Of a stretch of 64,000 bases of DNA, positions 50,311-61,799 are shown piece by piece. Position 1 is the first letter of the stretch; each line of letters starts with the position of its first letter. Source of the DNA: Podarcis bocagei (taxonomy: Eukaryota); assembly GCA_964188305.1 (NCBI GenBank), contig OZ076901.1; one strand, 5' to 3'. The notes under the pieces are model-generated. The model saw only the letters and a list, made by a program, of their open reading frames with translations, was not told the origin of the DNA and searched no databases. Position numbers and translations under genes: made by a program.

Positions 50311-51700
50311 CTCTGCTCATCTCTAATGCTCTCTTCTTCCCATTTATTTTAAAGTAGTTTGGGATAGTAAGTAGGAAGAAGGGAGTCACTGCCTGGGTTT
50401 CTTCTATCTGCCAGCTGGCATGCAATCAGCCTGTGTCTCTTTGGGTGCCTGAACACTTCAGTTCTACTACAAATCTTTAATGAGATGTAAGGGGGGGGGG
50501 TTAGTCTGGATCCCTATTATAAATGCTCCCGTGCCAAATACATTCTTGGTGCAATCACTAAGTAAGATCCCTATTTAAAGGTCAGTTTTGCTCATTCCTC
50601 TAAGACCATTAAAGACTGAGCATCCATTACAAGTCCTGCCTAGCCTATTAGAAAGGTCAAATGTTGTAAGGAAGCATACCTTTCAGTTATAAATGTAATT
50701 ACGCTTCCTGAAAATCACATTGCTTGCATTCTTTTTGGAAATACATAATGAGATTTTTTTCTTCTTCTTCTTCACACAGACGCAGCACAGCAGAACTGAT
50801 AAACCCTTTGTAAGGCACCAAAAGATTTGGAGAGAAGATCTCCTCTGCTTAGTTCAAAAGCAAGATGATGGCAGTGTATAGAGAAGCACCTCTCAGAACA
50901 CTTTCCATCAAGGGCGCTGCCGTGATTAGAAATGCGGCTCTGATGTGTCCACAATGGCAAGATTATAAGAAAGCCTGTTAAGCATTTTATTAGTATGAAT
51001 CTCAATTGTGGGGATTTCATCAGTCGCTTCACAACTATTTAAGACAGCAATTCTAAGTCACAGTCCTGGTCCCAGGAAAATGAATAAGTCTAGCTTGAAT
51101 TAGTTTAGCACAATGATTCTCGAGTGATGATCAGACAAGGCAGGCCACTGAAATCAGATTTATTTGTTCATTTTAAGAAATGATCCAAACTGTTACCTCA
51201 TCTCAAATCAGAGCACAACTCTGAGCACAATTTAAACATTGCTTTGCAAAATGCAGTACAGTCCTATGCATGATTGTTTAGAATGAAATTCTCTTGTGGC
51301 CAATGGGATGGCAGAGCATTCTTAAATTTTGGAGGTGGAGGATTGGAGAGATGGCACTGTTCCACCTCTAAAGCTCTGCTGGCTTGTGCCAGACAGGGAA
51401 GGAGGTGTTGGTGAATGGTTTGATTATTTTTTGCTCCTCCCCTGAAACTTAAAGTCTGTATCCAATATTCTCTGTCTGCTAGCACAAGGGGCTCTTGCAC
51501 TACTGGGTGGGTGAGTTGATGAAGGGCAGTATACTAATTGAATAAATGATTTAATAAATAATAATAACAATAACAACAATGGTTGGCACAATCTATTGTA
51601 AAACAAAGTTACCTGCATTTACTTGGGCAACCATATTCCACTGGTATAAAACATATTGCCAGCAGAACAAGTACTGTTTAATGTTAAGTGACTAGCACTA

Positions 51701-51924
51701 CAATGGTCCCTTGGGTTACATATGCTTCAGGTTACATACGCTTCAGGTTACAGACTCCGCTAACCCAGAAATAGTACCTCAGGTTAAGAACTTTGGTTCA
51801 GGATGAGAACAGAAATCGTGCTCCAGCGGCACGGCAGCAGCGGGAGGCCCCATTAGCTAAAATGGTGCTTCAGGTTAAGAACGGACCTCCAGAACGAATT
51901 AAGTACTTAACCGAGGTACCACTG
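51701..51924. mobile_element. Tc1/mariner MITE
   Basis: TA-flanked; right TIR CGAGGTACCACTG; internal TTCAGGTTA repeats shared with 55717-55860 and 56760-56834. Confidence 0.85.
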
Positions 51925-52650
51925 TACAATGAATACAATTCTCATTGTCCATTAAAAAACAATTGGGGGGATCTCTACTGAACCCCCCAACCCCATAATT
52001 CCCCATGTTGAGGCATAACAATGGATATTTCCAATGGAAATATTACCAGTCTGGAGCTTTCTATGAGCATAGGATGACCTCTATAGCAAATGTGGCCCCA
52101 CAAATCATCATCTCCTCCAGCTGGTGTATCTGGGGATTAGGATTGCTTTGTTCCTCCTTAGAGCTGGTAGAATTGAACTCTCATACAAATTCATGTTCCC
52201 GATTAAGAATGAGTGTTCAGTGAAAAACCCATATAGCATTAGCTCCAGGATAAGCAGCCTCCTTCTGATCTCACCCTCAAGGACGCATCAGAGGTGTCCT
52301 ATCATTCATTCATTTATTCATTTATTCTTTAGACTGAGGACTCAGCTATACAGCTGCAAATAAAATGTCTTAAGTGCATTATACAAATATGACACTAGAT
52401 GGCAATGGTGAGCTATGGCAAATTCAATATATTTTTCATTTTTATTTTTTTAAGCATTTTCACAGCATTCGTTATATGTGTCTAGAGTCCACCTGATACT
52501 CACTGCTCTCAGACAAGGAGGTTCTCTGAAGTGGCTTACTACAATTAAATCCAACTAAAAGTTGTGGTGTTGTTGCTGATTGTTTTAAAAAAGCTTGAGT
52601 GTTTTATATGGACGTCTTTTCTGGCCTCTAGAAATTGATTCTCTCTAGAG

Positions 52651-52788
52651 CAGCCTTTCTCAACCTGTGGGTCCCCAGATGTTGTTGAACTACAACTCCC
52701 ACCACCCCTAGCTAGCAAGGCCAGAGCTCAGGAATGATGAGAGTTGTAGTCTGACAACATCTGGGGACCCACAGGTTGAGAACTGCTG
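52651..52788. mobile_element. hAT-type palindromic MITE
   Basis: Long TIR CAGCCTTTCTCAACCTGTGGGTCCCCAGATGTTG; perfect 8-bp TSD CTCTAGAG. Confidence 0.92.
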
Positions 52789-53145
52789 CTCTAGAGAGTA
52801 GAAGGGCTTTCTTATATATTTAGGGACCACCTCATGGGTAAATAACCAAAGATACAGCTCTTGGAGAAGGTTCTGAGAAGCCAAGAGAGTTCTTTCTCTA
52901 TATCAGGGATGTGAAACCTTGGGCCCTCCAGATGTCGCTGAACAGTTCATGAGCATAGTCCTTACGGGCTGAGGTTTATAGGAAGTGGAATCCAACAACA
53001 TACAGTATGTGCCTTCTCCAGGGCTGTGATGCTTCCTAAAAAGCATGGAAAAGGCAATCTTACCACTTCTCTTCAAGAAGGGCTAATACTGAAAGACCCT
53101 AAAAAAAGTGAGACCAGGGAGGATTTGGTCTAATCTGGACAGATC

Positions 53146-53327
53146 TTGAAGCTGAGGCTCCAATACTTTGGCCACCTCATGAGAAGAGAAGACTCCCTGG
53201 AAAAGACCCTGATGTTGGGAAAGATGGAGGGCACAAGGAGAAGGGGACGACAGAGGATGAGATGGTTGGACAGTGTTCTCGAAGCTGCTAACATGAGTTT
53301 GACCAAACTGCGGGAGGCAGTGGAAGA
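53146..53327 (+). mobile_element. BovB 3' fragment lacking the tail
   Basis: KLRLQYFGHLMRREDSLEKTLMLGK..RWLDSVLEA..KLREAVED. Confidence 0.9.
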
Positions 53328-53330
53328 TAT

Positions 53331-53480
53331 TTGTTGTTGTTTAGTCGTTTAGTTGTGGTCTGACTCTTCGTGACCCCATGGACCAGAGCACGCCAGGCAC
53401 TCCTGTCTTCCACTGCCTTCCGCAGTTTGGTCGAACTCATGTTAGTAGCTTCGAGAACACCGTCCAACCATCTCGTCTCT
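53331..53480 (-). mobile_element. BovB 3' end, inverted relative to 53146-53327
   Basis: TTGTTGTTGTTTAGTCGTTTAG..GACTCTTCGTGACCCCATGGACCAGAGC. Confidence 0.9.
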
Positions 53481-53617
53481 TCTCATCCCCCTTTTAAAAA
53501 CTCCTCCTGGCCCAACCCTACCCTCTGCCTGCATCCCATGATAACACTTACTCTCACCTCTTCTCCTCATGGAGTCACCCGCTGCCCACACAAACTCCCA
53601 CCTGCACAGTTTTGAGG

Positions 53618-53665
<48 letters not shown>

Positions 53666-53785
53666 TTATTTATTTATTTCTACCCCACCCATCTGGCTGG
53701 GTCTCCCCAGCCACTCTGGACAGCTTCCACCAGAAGGTTAAAAATATATTAAAACATCAGTTATTAAAAACTTCCCTAAACAGGA
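53618..53785 (-). mobile_element. L2 3' tail with (ATT)n microsatellite
   Basis: (ATT)n + CCCATCTGGCTGGGT..CCCAGCCACTCTGG..AACTTCCCTAAACAGG, matching ~26130-26245. Confidence 0.8.
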
Positions 53786-54743
53786 TGAGGATGAGCTCGA
53801 ATATGTGAAAAAAGGCAAAAACAGGACAGGGGACACTTTTCTCCCAAAAAAGGACGATCATATTTTTTAAGGGACAGGTGGCATTGCAACTTGCTGGGTA
53901 TGACCTCAGACCTAGGGGGCTAATACACCTATCTCTGGCCCATAGACAGGGCCAGCCCAAGAATTTTTGGCACCTGAAGTGACAAAATGATGCTACCTCC
54001 CCCAGGGAAGAAGGGGTGAGAGATGTTCTATATCAGGAACGTGAGGGAAATCTAGTGGGATTCAAAGGCTGTTGTGTGTGTGTGTTGGGAAAGGGCTTGC
54101 TCTGAATCTGGGCAGGCGCAGAGCCCAGGAGACTGCAGAGGGCAGCCCCCCTCCATTTCCTCCCTGAGGGTGGAAGGAGATGAGCAGCATCTCCTATTCA
54201 CTGAGAAGCCATTGTGGAGGCAGCATTGCACAGTGGTTTCTTGGCGAATAGGAGGCACTGCTGATGGCCTCTCTCTGACCCTAGGGAGGAAATGGAGGCA
54301 GCTGCTGAGTGGGCAGCAGATCCGTCCTCCAAGAAGCATGTCATAGCCATTGCTCCCACTGTGGCTGCAGCACCAACAGTGGGCAGTGGATTCCTTAGAG
54401 GCCAGATCTGCTGTCCCTGTGGATCCTGCCACCTGAGGTGGCTGCCTCTCCTTCTCTCATGGATTGGGTGGTCCAGTTCTGCTCCTGGGATTCTACTTAT
54501 TTCAAGGCTGCCTTCATCACCCTGCTGTACCCCATCCTGGGCCACATTCACACCATATATTTAAAGCACTGTGATGCCACTTAAAAAAATTATGGCTTCC
54601 CTCAAAGAATTCTGGAAGCTGTAGTATGTTAAGAGGCCTGATAGTGTTTAGGAGACCTCTTTTCCTCTCAGAGAGCTACAATTCCCAGAGTGGTTTAACA
54701 GTTCATCGCTCTTCACTGGGACCTCTAGTTCTGTGAGGGCAAT

Positions 54744-55603
54744 GACTGCTCACCGCATTAACTGGGGGGCGGCTTTTGCATGGTTGTGCGCAGGCCCCCC
54801 TGGAGACTACGAGACCCCCGGCAAGGTAGCTGGCTTCACCGCCCCCCTGAGCCAGATACCTGGAGCTTCCCACTTAACCTCAGCAATCAAACAGTCCTGA
54901 CTGGGAGGGGGGGCGTTGCCATGGGAGTTGGCCAGGTAGAGTTAGGACCGCCAACACTCACAATTGAGGATGCAACTTACCTGTTGGTCCTCAGTCAGCT
55001 CCTGAACTTCCCCCACCCTGCCCTCCCTTAGTTTATGCCTTCTTTCACGGTTTAACCTTCTTCTTTACAGCTATGCAGGCACTGCTGCAGTCCTAGATGG
55101 TTGCTGTTGAGGGACCGGGAAGGAATTTCCCTGCATTGGCAGGTTTCGCCTTCCCCGTAGCAAAATGTCACAACTTTGGCGGTTTGTAGGCCTTGGGTGG
55201 AATACTTTAGTCTATCTTCCCTCAATGGGGGGGGGGGCATGAAGCGGTGACCCACGCCCCCCCCCCCCGTGGCAGCGATCACAGGGTTCCCCTTTAAAAG
55301 GGTTATTTTGAGGGGAGGCACTGGCCATACGCCAATGGGTTGTCAGTGCTCTACGATGCGGCAAAGTGGGAGGGCAGACATTCTCCAGAGGCAGTCCAAT
55401 CCCCACACATTCTGGATAACCCTGATGTTCCCCAGATCCCTGGCTGGGGACTGGCAGGGATAAACACCCAATGCCTAAGCCAAGGTCTTCCTACATCTGA
55501 GAATTTAATAAAGTTGTGGCCAATTTTAATCCCATAACACGTCCAGTGTCATTATTCCTCCCGGGGGTTGCCTGGGGCCTAGGGGGTCTCCACCTCTCCG
55601 TGC
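54744..55603 (+). mobile_element. ENE-bearing element, divergent full copy D (860 bp)
   Basis: Flanked by (GC)AAT on both sides inside the host MITE; U-loop motif; GTAGCAAAATGTCACAACTT; AATAAAGTTGTGGCCAA at 55507-55523 identical to copy C. Confidence 0.75.
55117..55155 (+). ncRNA. Minimal ENE-like RNA motif, copy D
   Basis: RNA: GGGAAGG-AA-UUU-C-CCUGC(AUUG)GCAGG-UUU-CG-CCUUCCC. Confidence 0.55.
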
Positions 55604-55716
55604 AATAAGGGTCTCCTAACAGCTCTCATGAACCTCCCTTTACAAAGTTATAGCTCTCATAATGATTTGAGGGAAGCCCATATGATTTAAAGTGGTATCG
55701 TAGTCCTTTAAATATA

Positions 55717-55860
55717 CAGTGGTACCTCGGCTTACATATGCATCAGGTTATGCATCAGCAGCAGGAGGCCCCATTAGCTAAAGTGGTTCAGGTTAAGAAC
55801 AGTTTCAGGTTAAGAACAGACCTCTGGAATGAATTAAGTTCTTAACCTGAGGTACCACTG
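55717..55860. mobile_element. Tc1/mariner MITE (deletion derivative)
   Basis: CAGTGGTACCTC/GAGGTACCACTG; TA TSD. Confidence 0.88.
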
Positions 55861-55960
55861 TACGTATGATGTGAATGTGGCCCTTGAGCAATTAACTGCA
55901 ACAATGCCCCTTTCTTGCATGGATGGGTAGAGAGGTATGGGAGGGCTCAGGCAGTGCTTA

Positions 55961-56395
55961 CAGTGGTGCCTTGCAAGATGAAATTAATTCGTTCTGCAAG
56001 TTTTTTCTTCTTGCGAGTTTTTCATCTTGCGAAGCACGGTTTCCCATAGGAATGCATTGAAAATCAATCAATGCGTTCCTATGGAGACCGTCCGGGGACA
56101 GAGGGGAAGCGCCGCGCGCCTTCCCCTCTGTCCCCGGACCTGTTTAAAGCAAGGGAAGGGGCAGCGGGGAGAATCGCTTCTCCCCGTTGCCGCCCCTTGG
56201 TTCAAAAGGGGTCCGGGGAGAGAGGGGAAGGCGCGCTGCGCTTCCCCGCTATCCCCGGAGCTTGTGGGGCAAGCTTCGTTTTGCGAAGCAAGCCCATAGG
56301 GAAATGCGTCTTGCGAAGCGGCTAAGAAAACGAAAAACTCCTTCGTCTAGCGAGTTTTTCGTCTTCTGAGGCGTTCGTCTTGCGGGGCACCACTG
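55961..56395. mobile_element. CpG-rich Tc1/mariner (Tigger-like) MITE
   Basis: CAGTGGTGCCTTGCAAGA/TCTTGCGGGGCACCACTG; TA TSD. Confidence 0.88.
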
Positions 56396-56430
56396 TATTG
56401 GTATGAGAACAGGAGCATTAGCCTTGAGCC

Positions 56431-56741
56431 AGGGGCGGAGGAAGGGGGTGCAGTGGGTGTGGGCCACCCCAGGTGTCACCACTGAGTGGGGTGGCAAAAT
56501 GCTGGGCAGCACTCACTGTGGGGCCTACAGCACGCCCAAACCACACGTCTCTGCTGAGAGTGATGATGTGGCTTGAGTGCTTGCAGACTCTGCATACCCC
56601 AAATGGTCCACCCGCTGGCTCCCCCCCCCCCAGCTGTAAGGTGGCTGAGTGGGAGGAGGCAGGCAGACTCCAGAGGCCCCGCTGAGCACCCTGCCCTGGC
56701 TGGCCCCACCCCAGGTGCCTGATCACCTTGCTCCATCGCTG
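56431..56741. mobile_element. GC-rich hAT-like MITE
   Basis: CAGGGGCGGAG.../...CTCCATCGCTG ends; CCACCCCAGGTG repeated; no clear TSD. Confidence 0.45.
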
Positions 56742-56759
56742 CGTATTTTCTTCCTTATA

Positions 56760-56834
56760 CAGTAGTACCTCGGGTTACAGATGCTTCAGGTTACATACGC
56801 TTCAGAATTAAGTTCTTAACCCGAGGTACCACTG
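56760..56834. mobile_element. 75-bp Tc1/mariner mini-MITE
   Basis: CAGTAGTACCTCGGGTTA/TAACCCGAGGTACCACTG; TA TSD. Confidence 0.88.
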
Positions 56835-58123
56835 TATAGAATATCTGTTCTTTATTAGGTGACCACTGAATTAAATTGCATCTCCCTTTCGCCAGGTATA
56901 GCCTGCAACATGGGGTCGGAATAACAGATAAGGCCTCTTTTAAATCCTTCATTGCAACTTAAAGAGAATATTGATTATATTATTTTAGTGTGTAAAGTAA
57001 AAGACTGTTTCTGGCCTTTATTTTAATGACCCTTTTCAGCATTGGCATCGACAAAAAAAGATGCTAGGAGGATTATAATTTTCCTCTACTGAGCTCTTAG
57101 AGACATACTTAGCCATTGTGGCAAACTTAGCCTGACATAATGATAATTTTAGGATGTTTTGTTCATCCTCTGATATTTATATTCATTCTTATACTTAGCA
57201 GAGCCTGCTTGACCTTTCCCTGTATGGCACAGAGGCCTACCACATTAATATAGAGTCTAATGCTATTTAAATGGATTCTAGCGTTCTTTAAGCATTAACA
57301 GAAAGAGCCCAATTCTCTCTCTAAATCACATGCACCTGTGTCCAAAGCTAGCTGTGTGACAAAGGGAAAAAAGCTACACTGTTGGCTTAGAATCAGAGTG
57401 AGCCACAATCTAAATGGAGCCCTGAAGTGGCTCAGTCGTAATGTTTTGGGGAAAAGTGGGGGGGGGACGTTCTGACTGACCCATTTCTTTACGCCAGGGA
57501 TGAATAACCAGTAGCCCCCCACCATGTTGCTGGATTCCACCTCCCATCATCCCCAGTCAGCGCATGGGAGTTGCACATGTGCTTCTTGTGCATTAATAAC
57601 AGCATTAATGACAGACACAGAAAACAGAACACAACAGTAAATAGAATGCAAAGTTAACCTAAATATAACTAAGGAAGGAAACTAAGGTAAGCAAAGGGAC
57701 ACTTCCTAAGTGACTATGACTAAGACAGACAACAAACATTTTCTTTGGGGTGGAGCATATAAGGATGGGACTGGGCTTAATCGGAAAAGGATTAGAAACA
57801 CACAGGTATATGGCCAGGTAAGGTACTCTGAAAGAAACAAGACACAAACTGAACAAATCCCACCAAGCTCCACCAAACTTTTTTTAAGAGACAGAACTTA
57901 CTGTACAAAGGAGTAAAAGCAACGTGAACTTTGCAAAGCGGGAAGGCATTTTAAAATTTCACCACCATAATGATGATGATTGATTGATTTTTTCCTAAAG
58001 GAACTCAAGGCAGCTTACAAATAAAAGCAAGAACCGCTAAAAACATCAAAAAAGCAATCATTAAAAAAACCACCAATTAAACACTGATGGAATTAAATAT
58101 ATATACAAACATAAAATCTGTTT

Positions 58124-58917
58124 GCGTGTTCAGACTCAGAGACCTCCCCCCTAAATAAACACACAATTGACTAAAATTTTAGTTTTGGGTTTTGGCAGAA
58201 TTTAGGCCACAACTTTGTTGATTACAGAAGGGGAGTGGTTGCATAGGCTCTGGTTCGACTAGCTCCCTGCACCCTTGCAGGCAGCACTGACCCAGGGCAC
58301 CAGTATAGGTCAGCCTAGGGTGAACACCTGAGGAAGGCGGAAAACCCGGGAACAGACTCTGTTCACTCCCCAGAAGCTTCCCTGGACTCAGGCATGGGCA
58401 CAAGCCCCTCTCGGGGGTTGACTAAACCAAGTTGAGTCCCTGGATTCCTTTAACGGAATGCCCTTCACATAGGGATGGTGAGACCGTTCTCCCATCCCTA
58501 TCACCTGAACCAGAGCCTATCCGCAACCTTACAAGTTGTGACGATTTGCTACATGGCAGGCTAAACCCAAAGGGCAACAGTCCATCAGCCAACTGGGGAA
58601 AATTCCTGCCTTGTCCCTGTCCCAACGACAGACGACACACAACGGCATAGCAAGGTCAATTGCAAAATACCCTAAATATAGGGAGAGGTGGGCGAGTGTT
58701 CTGAATGCACGAGCCAAAAGAGGAAGCCCTGGGTCACGTGCATAGGCATATATAGATCCCTCGATCTGTTTAGACTGCACCCCATTGGCCAGATTGCACC
58801 CTGCAGTGAGGGACCTACCAATCGGGTGTTGTGGCTGTCCAATATACCCACTCATAACACAGGAGTTCAGTCTCCAGGTCTCACCACAACAAGTGCCCTC
58901 TTTGAGGGAAGACATGC
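58124..58917 (-). mobile_element. ENE-bearing element, full copy E (794 bp)
   Basis: Flanked by TTT/TTT; ends GCGTGT...ACATGC; terminal hairpin CCCTC/GAGGG; TATATAT at 58748-58754; poly(A) signal reads AACAAA (58214-58219). Confidence 0.8.
58555..58610 (-). ncRNA. ENE-like RNA motif, copy E
   Basis: RNA: GGCAGG-AA-UUUU-CCC...GUUGGCU...GGG-UUU-AG-CCUGCC. Confidence 0.55.
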
Positions 58918-61039
58918 TTTAAAACATACCAATAATTATAATAAAAAGAGCACAGCACCAGCCCTTTAATTAAAAGCAGTCATGTTCCCCTGCTGGCAGA
59001 AGGACAACAAGGAGGGTGCCAGTCTAGGTTCTCCAGGGAGAGGGCTCCAAAGTCTGGGAGCGGCCACTGAGAAGGGTCTCTCCCAAGCCCCCACCAAGCA
59101 TGCCAGGACTAAGAGAAGGGTCTCCTGCAAAGGAGGCTTGTATGAAGGAATGCCATCTTTCAGATAGCTTGGACCAAAGTTGTGTAGGTCATAACTAGGA
59201 CTTTAAACTGTGCCCAGAAACAGACCGGTAACCAAGGAAGCTATTCTAACAAGGGAGTATAATGCTCTCTATAACACCCCCCCCCCAGCACTGTTAATGG
59301 AGAGTGTTGAGTGTGATTCTAGCCTCCAATGTACTTCTGTGGAGAGTGAGTTCCACAGCTTAAGGGCCATCACAGCGGTCAGTGTCCCTTCCCAGCTTAG
59401 GTTCTGATGCTGGAGAAAATACTAAGAGGGCCTCTTTGCTGATCTTATCACCTGAGATGGTTTACAGAGAAGGAAGCAGTCTTTCAGATATTTGGTCTGA
59501 ACTATTATCATGCCATCTGCAATGTTCTTCCTGAAGGTGGAAAGTCAAAATTATGTGAGAGCGGTATCTAGGAACCAGGAAATGACAGTATTCAATAGGG
59601 TTATATTCATTTAATATTGACATGGGATTCTAAGAAATTAGCTGGAAAACTGCACCATGATGGTGATGGCGATGCTGTGAACATGTATGAGGCTTTACAG
59701 AGCAAGAAAAAGACAGATTCACTACCCAACAGAGCTTGCGATCCAACGTTGGCAGGCAAAAGGAGGGGATGGAGTCAAAGATACCTAGAGGAAAAATGTT
59801 TATATGCTCCATTTCAGTAGAGAATGAGGGCTAAAGGATAAAAAATTACACTGGCCTTTCTCATCAAGCTGATATTTTATGGTCTGTAACCAAATGCTGT
59901 TAAATGATTGCATCTTGCTAAAGTGTGTAAATCAATAAAGTAAAATAATAATAGTACAGCACATATTTCACTATTATCAGTCTCTTCAGTTAAGAAGTGC
60001 TGTCCTGCTAAAGAAAGAAAACTGCACAGATGCAGCAAATTTGTAAAGCATCTGTTGTGTCTCTGCGTGATTAGGCTACCTAAAAGGAACCAGCATATAG
60101 GCATATGATGAGACAGTCAGTTAATGGTGCAGCTAACCCCTTTGTGCTGTGGAAGAAAGCTTTTGTTTCTACACTTTGATTTGCACTATTGCAGGCCTGT
60201 AAACCCTTTTATTGCTTCGTAGTAAAGCTGGGGGAAGGGCTAATCTTTTCACCAGTCTTCTGCAATGGTTTCTGATGTTTATCTTAGCTCCTCCCTTACA
60301 AATATTGTTGTTGTTGTTGTTTAAAAAACATTTTAGAAGGTTAAGACTCCACTGCTATGAAAGATATATCCTCTCTCCCCCCCCCCCCCGCAAAAGTTTG
60401 GGAATAAACAATCTCATTAGCATTTGTTTTTCTAAGGGACACTTCTTTGATAATTTCATTTTACAGCAGGATGGGCTTACCATTTGCATTTAAATGAAGG
60501 CTGCTGAAGGAAGATGCAGAATTCAATTTTATCTAGCTGATAAGATCCTGGCAATGAAGATTACAGCTCATGGTTTGAAACAAACCAGAGCTCACTAATC
60601 ACTTCACCCTTACAAGTTGCTTGGATCTTGAAAATGATCAAATGAAATATGGTGTCTTTAGTAGCATGTACAGAAACTCCAAAAAAGCAAAGAAAACACA
60701 GTTCATGATTACACTACAATGTCATAACATCAATTGATCAGGACTGGCAAGTTCAGACAAACATGGATGGATATTGTGATTGACCACCATTGAAATCCTG
60801 AAAACAGAGGGTTTGATTGATTGTTTTGGCAATGATGAAAATGAATTCAAATATGCATTAGCACTTTCAGCTGTCCTCTATTCCAGGTTTCGTTTGACTT
60901 TACACAAGCCACATCTGCTTTGATCTATCACATAGGCCTCATGTAGAACACAGTTAAATAACATTGTATTGTGCAGAATGTGCCTCTGAGAAAGATCAAG
61001 TTAGAATGTTGAAGTCATAATGCAGCACACATTGCCCTG

Positions 61040-61765
61040 GCTGGTGTGACCCATGAACGCAGCAAAAGAACAAGAATATACAATGGTGACGGGATAAAAT
61101 CGGGCCAAATGTTAATGATAGCAGCAAGCAGCATGATGGTTGGCATGGGTCCCAGGATCAGTTCACCATTCCGCAAGCCTCATGTTGATAGAATGGATCC
61201 GCCAGGTTTGGGCCACCCCAAACCTGTTCCATGGGAGTTGGCCAATGTTGAACCTTGCCATGGTAGAAGCCAAGCAAGCAAGGTCTCACTGGGCAACCAG
61301 GGTGCAGATTCCTATCAGGCAGATACCTCAAACTTGGGGTGCTGTGGTCAATCTTCCCCTTATGGGCCCCCCCTATACTATGTTGATCCTGCCCAGTGCC
61401 ATTTCCACCCTCATACAAACAACGTTCTTCACCTAACAAGGAAAGGCCATAATTTCACAGAGGGAAAGGTGAAAAAACCCAAACAAGTGCCAAACAGGTT
61501 GAGAGAGAAAAATTCCTTTCCAGCCCTGTCAGCCCACAACCCAAAATTGCTCAGTGAAGGCTCTAACCCGAGGGTGCGTGGGTGGGAAGCTCACAAAACA
61601 AAATGTCCCTGAACTCCAGGGAAAGCAGCCTTATATAGGCATTTACCTCCCCATGCAAGGGCTCATGGGGCAGGTTTTTCCCTTGAGCCTATCACACAGA
61701 GAGGATTTTGCTGCCATCTGTGGGCACAGCGCTGCCAGGCAAAGGTGTCCCGTGCTTATTGGGCA
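61040..61765 (-). mobile_element. ENE-bearing element, copy F (older subfamily); boundaries approximate
   Basis: TATATAAG on - at 61630-61637, CCCACCCA.GCACCC block, U-loop motif; colinear with copy B. Confidence 0.6.
61463..61521 (-). ncRNA. ENE-like RNA motif, copy F
   Basis: RNA: GGAAAGG-AA-UUUUU-CUC...UUUGGCA...GGG-UUUUUU-CA-CCUUUCC. Confidence 0.55.
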
Positions 61766-61799
61766 CAGAAGAAGGCCTGTCATCAGAATAGTAGATGTC

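Larger units (their letters stand above)
54539..55883. mobile_element. TIR MITE (PIF/Harbinger-like) hosting copy D and a mariner MITE
   Basis: TIR GGGCCACATTCAC / GTGAATGTGGCCC; palindromic arms; truncated sibling at ~25621-25760. Confidence 0.6.
57975..59480 (-). mobile_element. Degraded L2 3' region(s), split by copy E
   Basis: CTCAAGGCAGCTTACA tail; AGGGAGAGGGCTCCAAAGTCTGGGAGCGGCCACTGAGAAGG (reverse of AFSVAAP.LW). Confidence 0.65.

Noticed and set aside
61046-61612. 188-aa ORF on +
   Set aside because: Antisense to element copy F, GTG start, no recognisable domain; likely a chance ORF.
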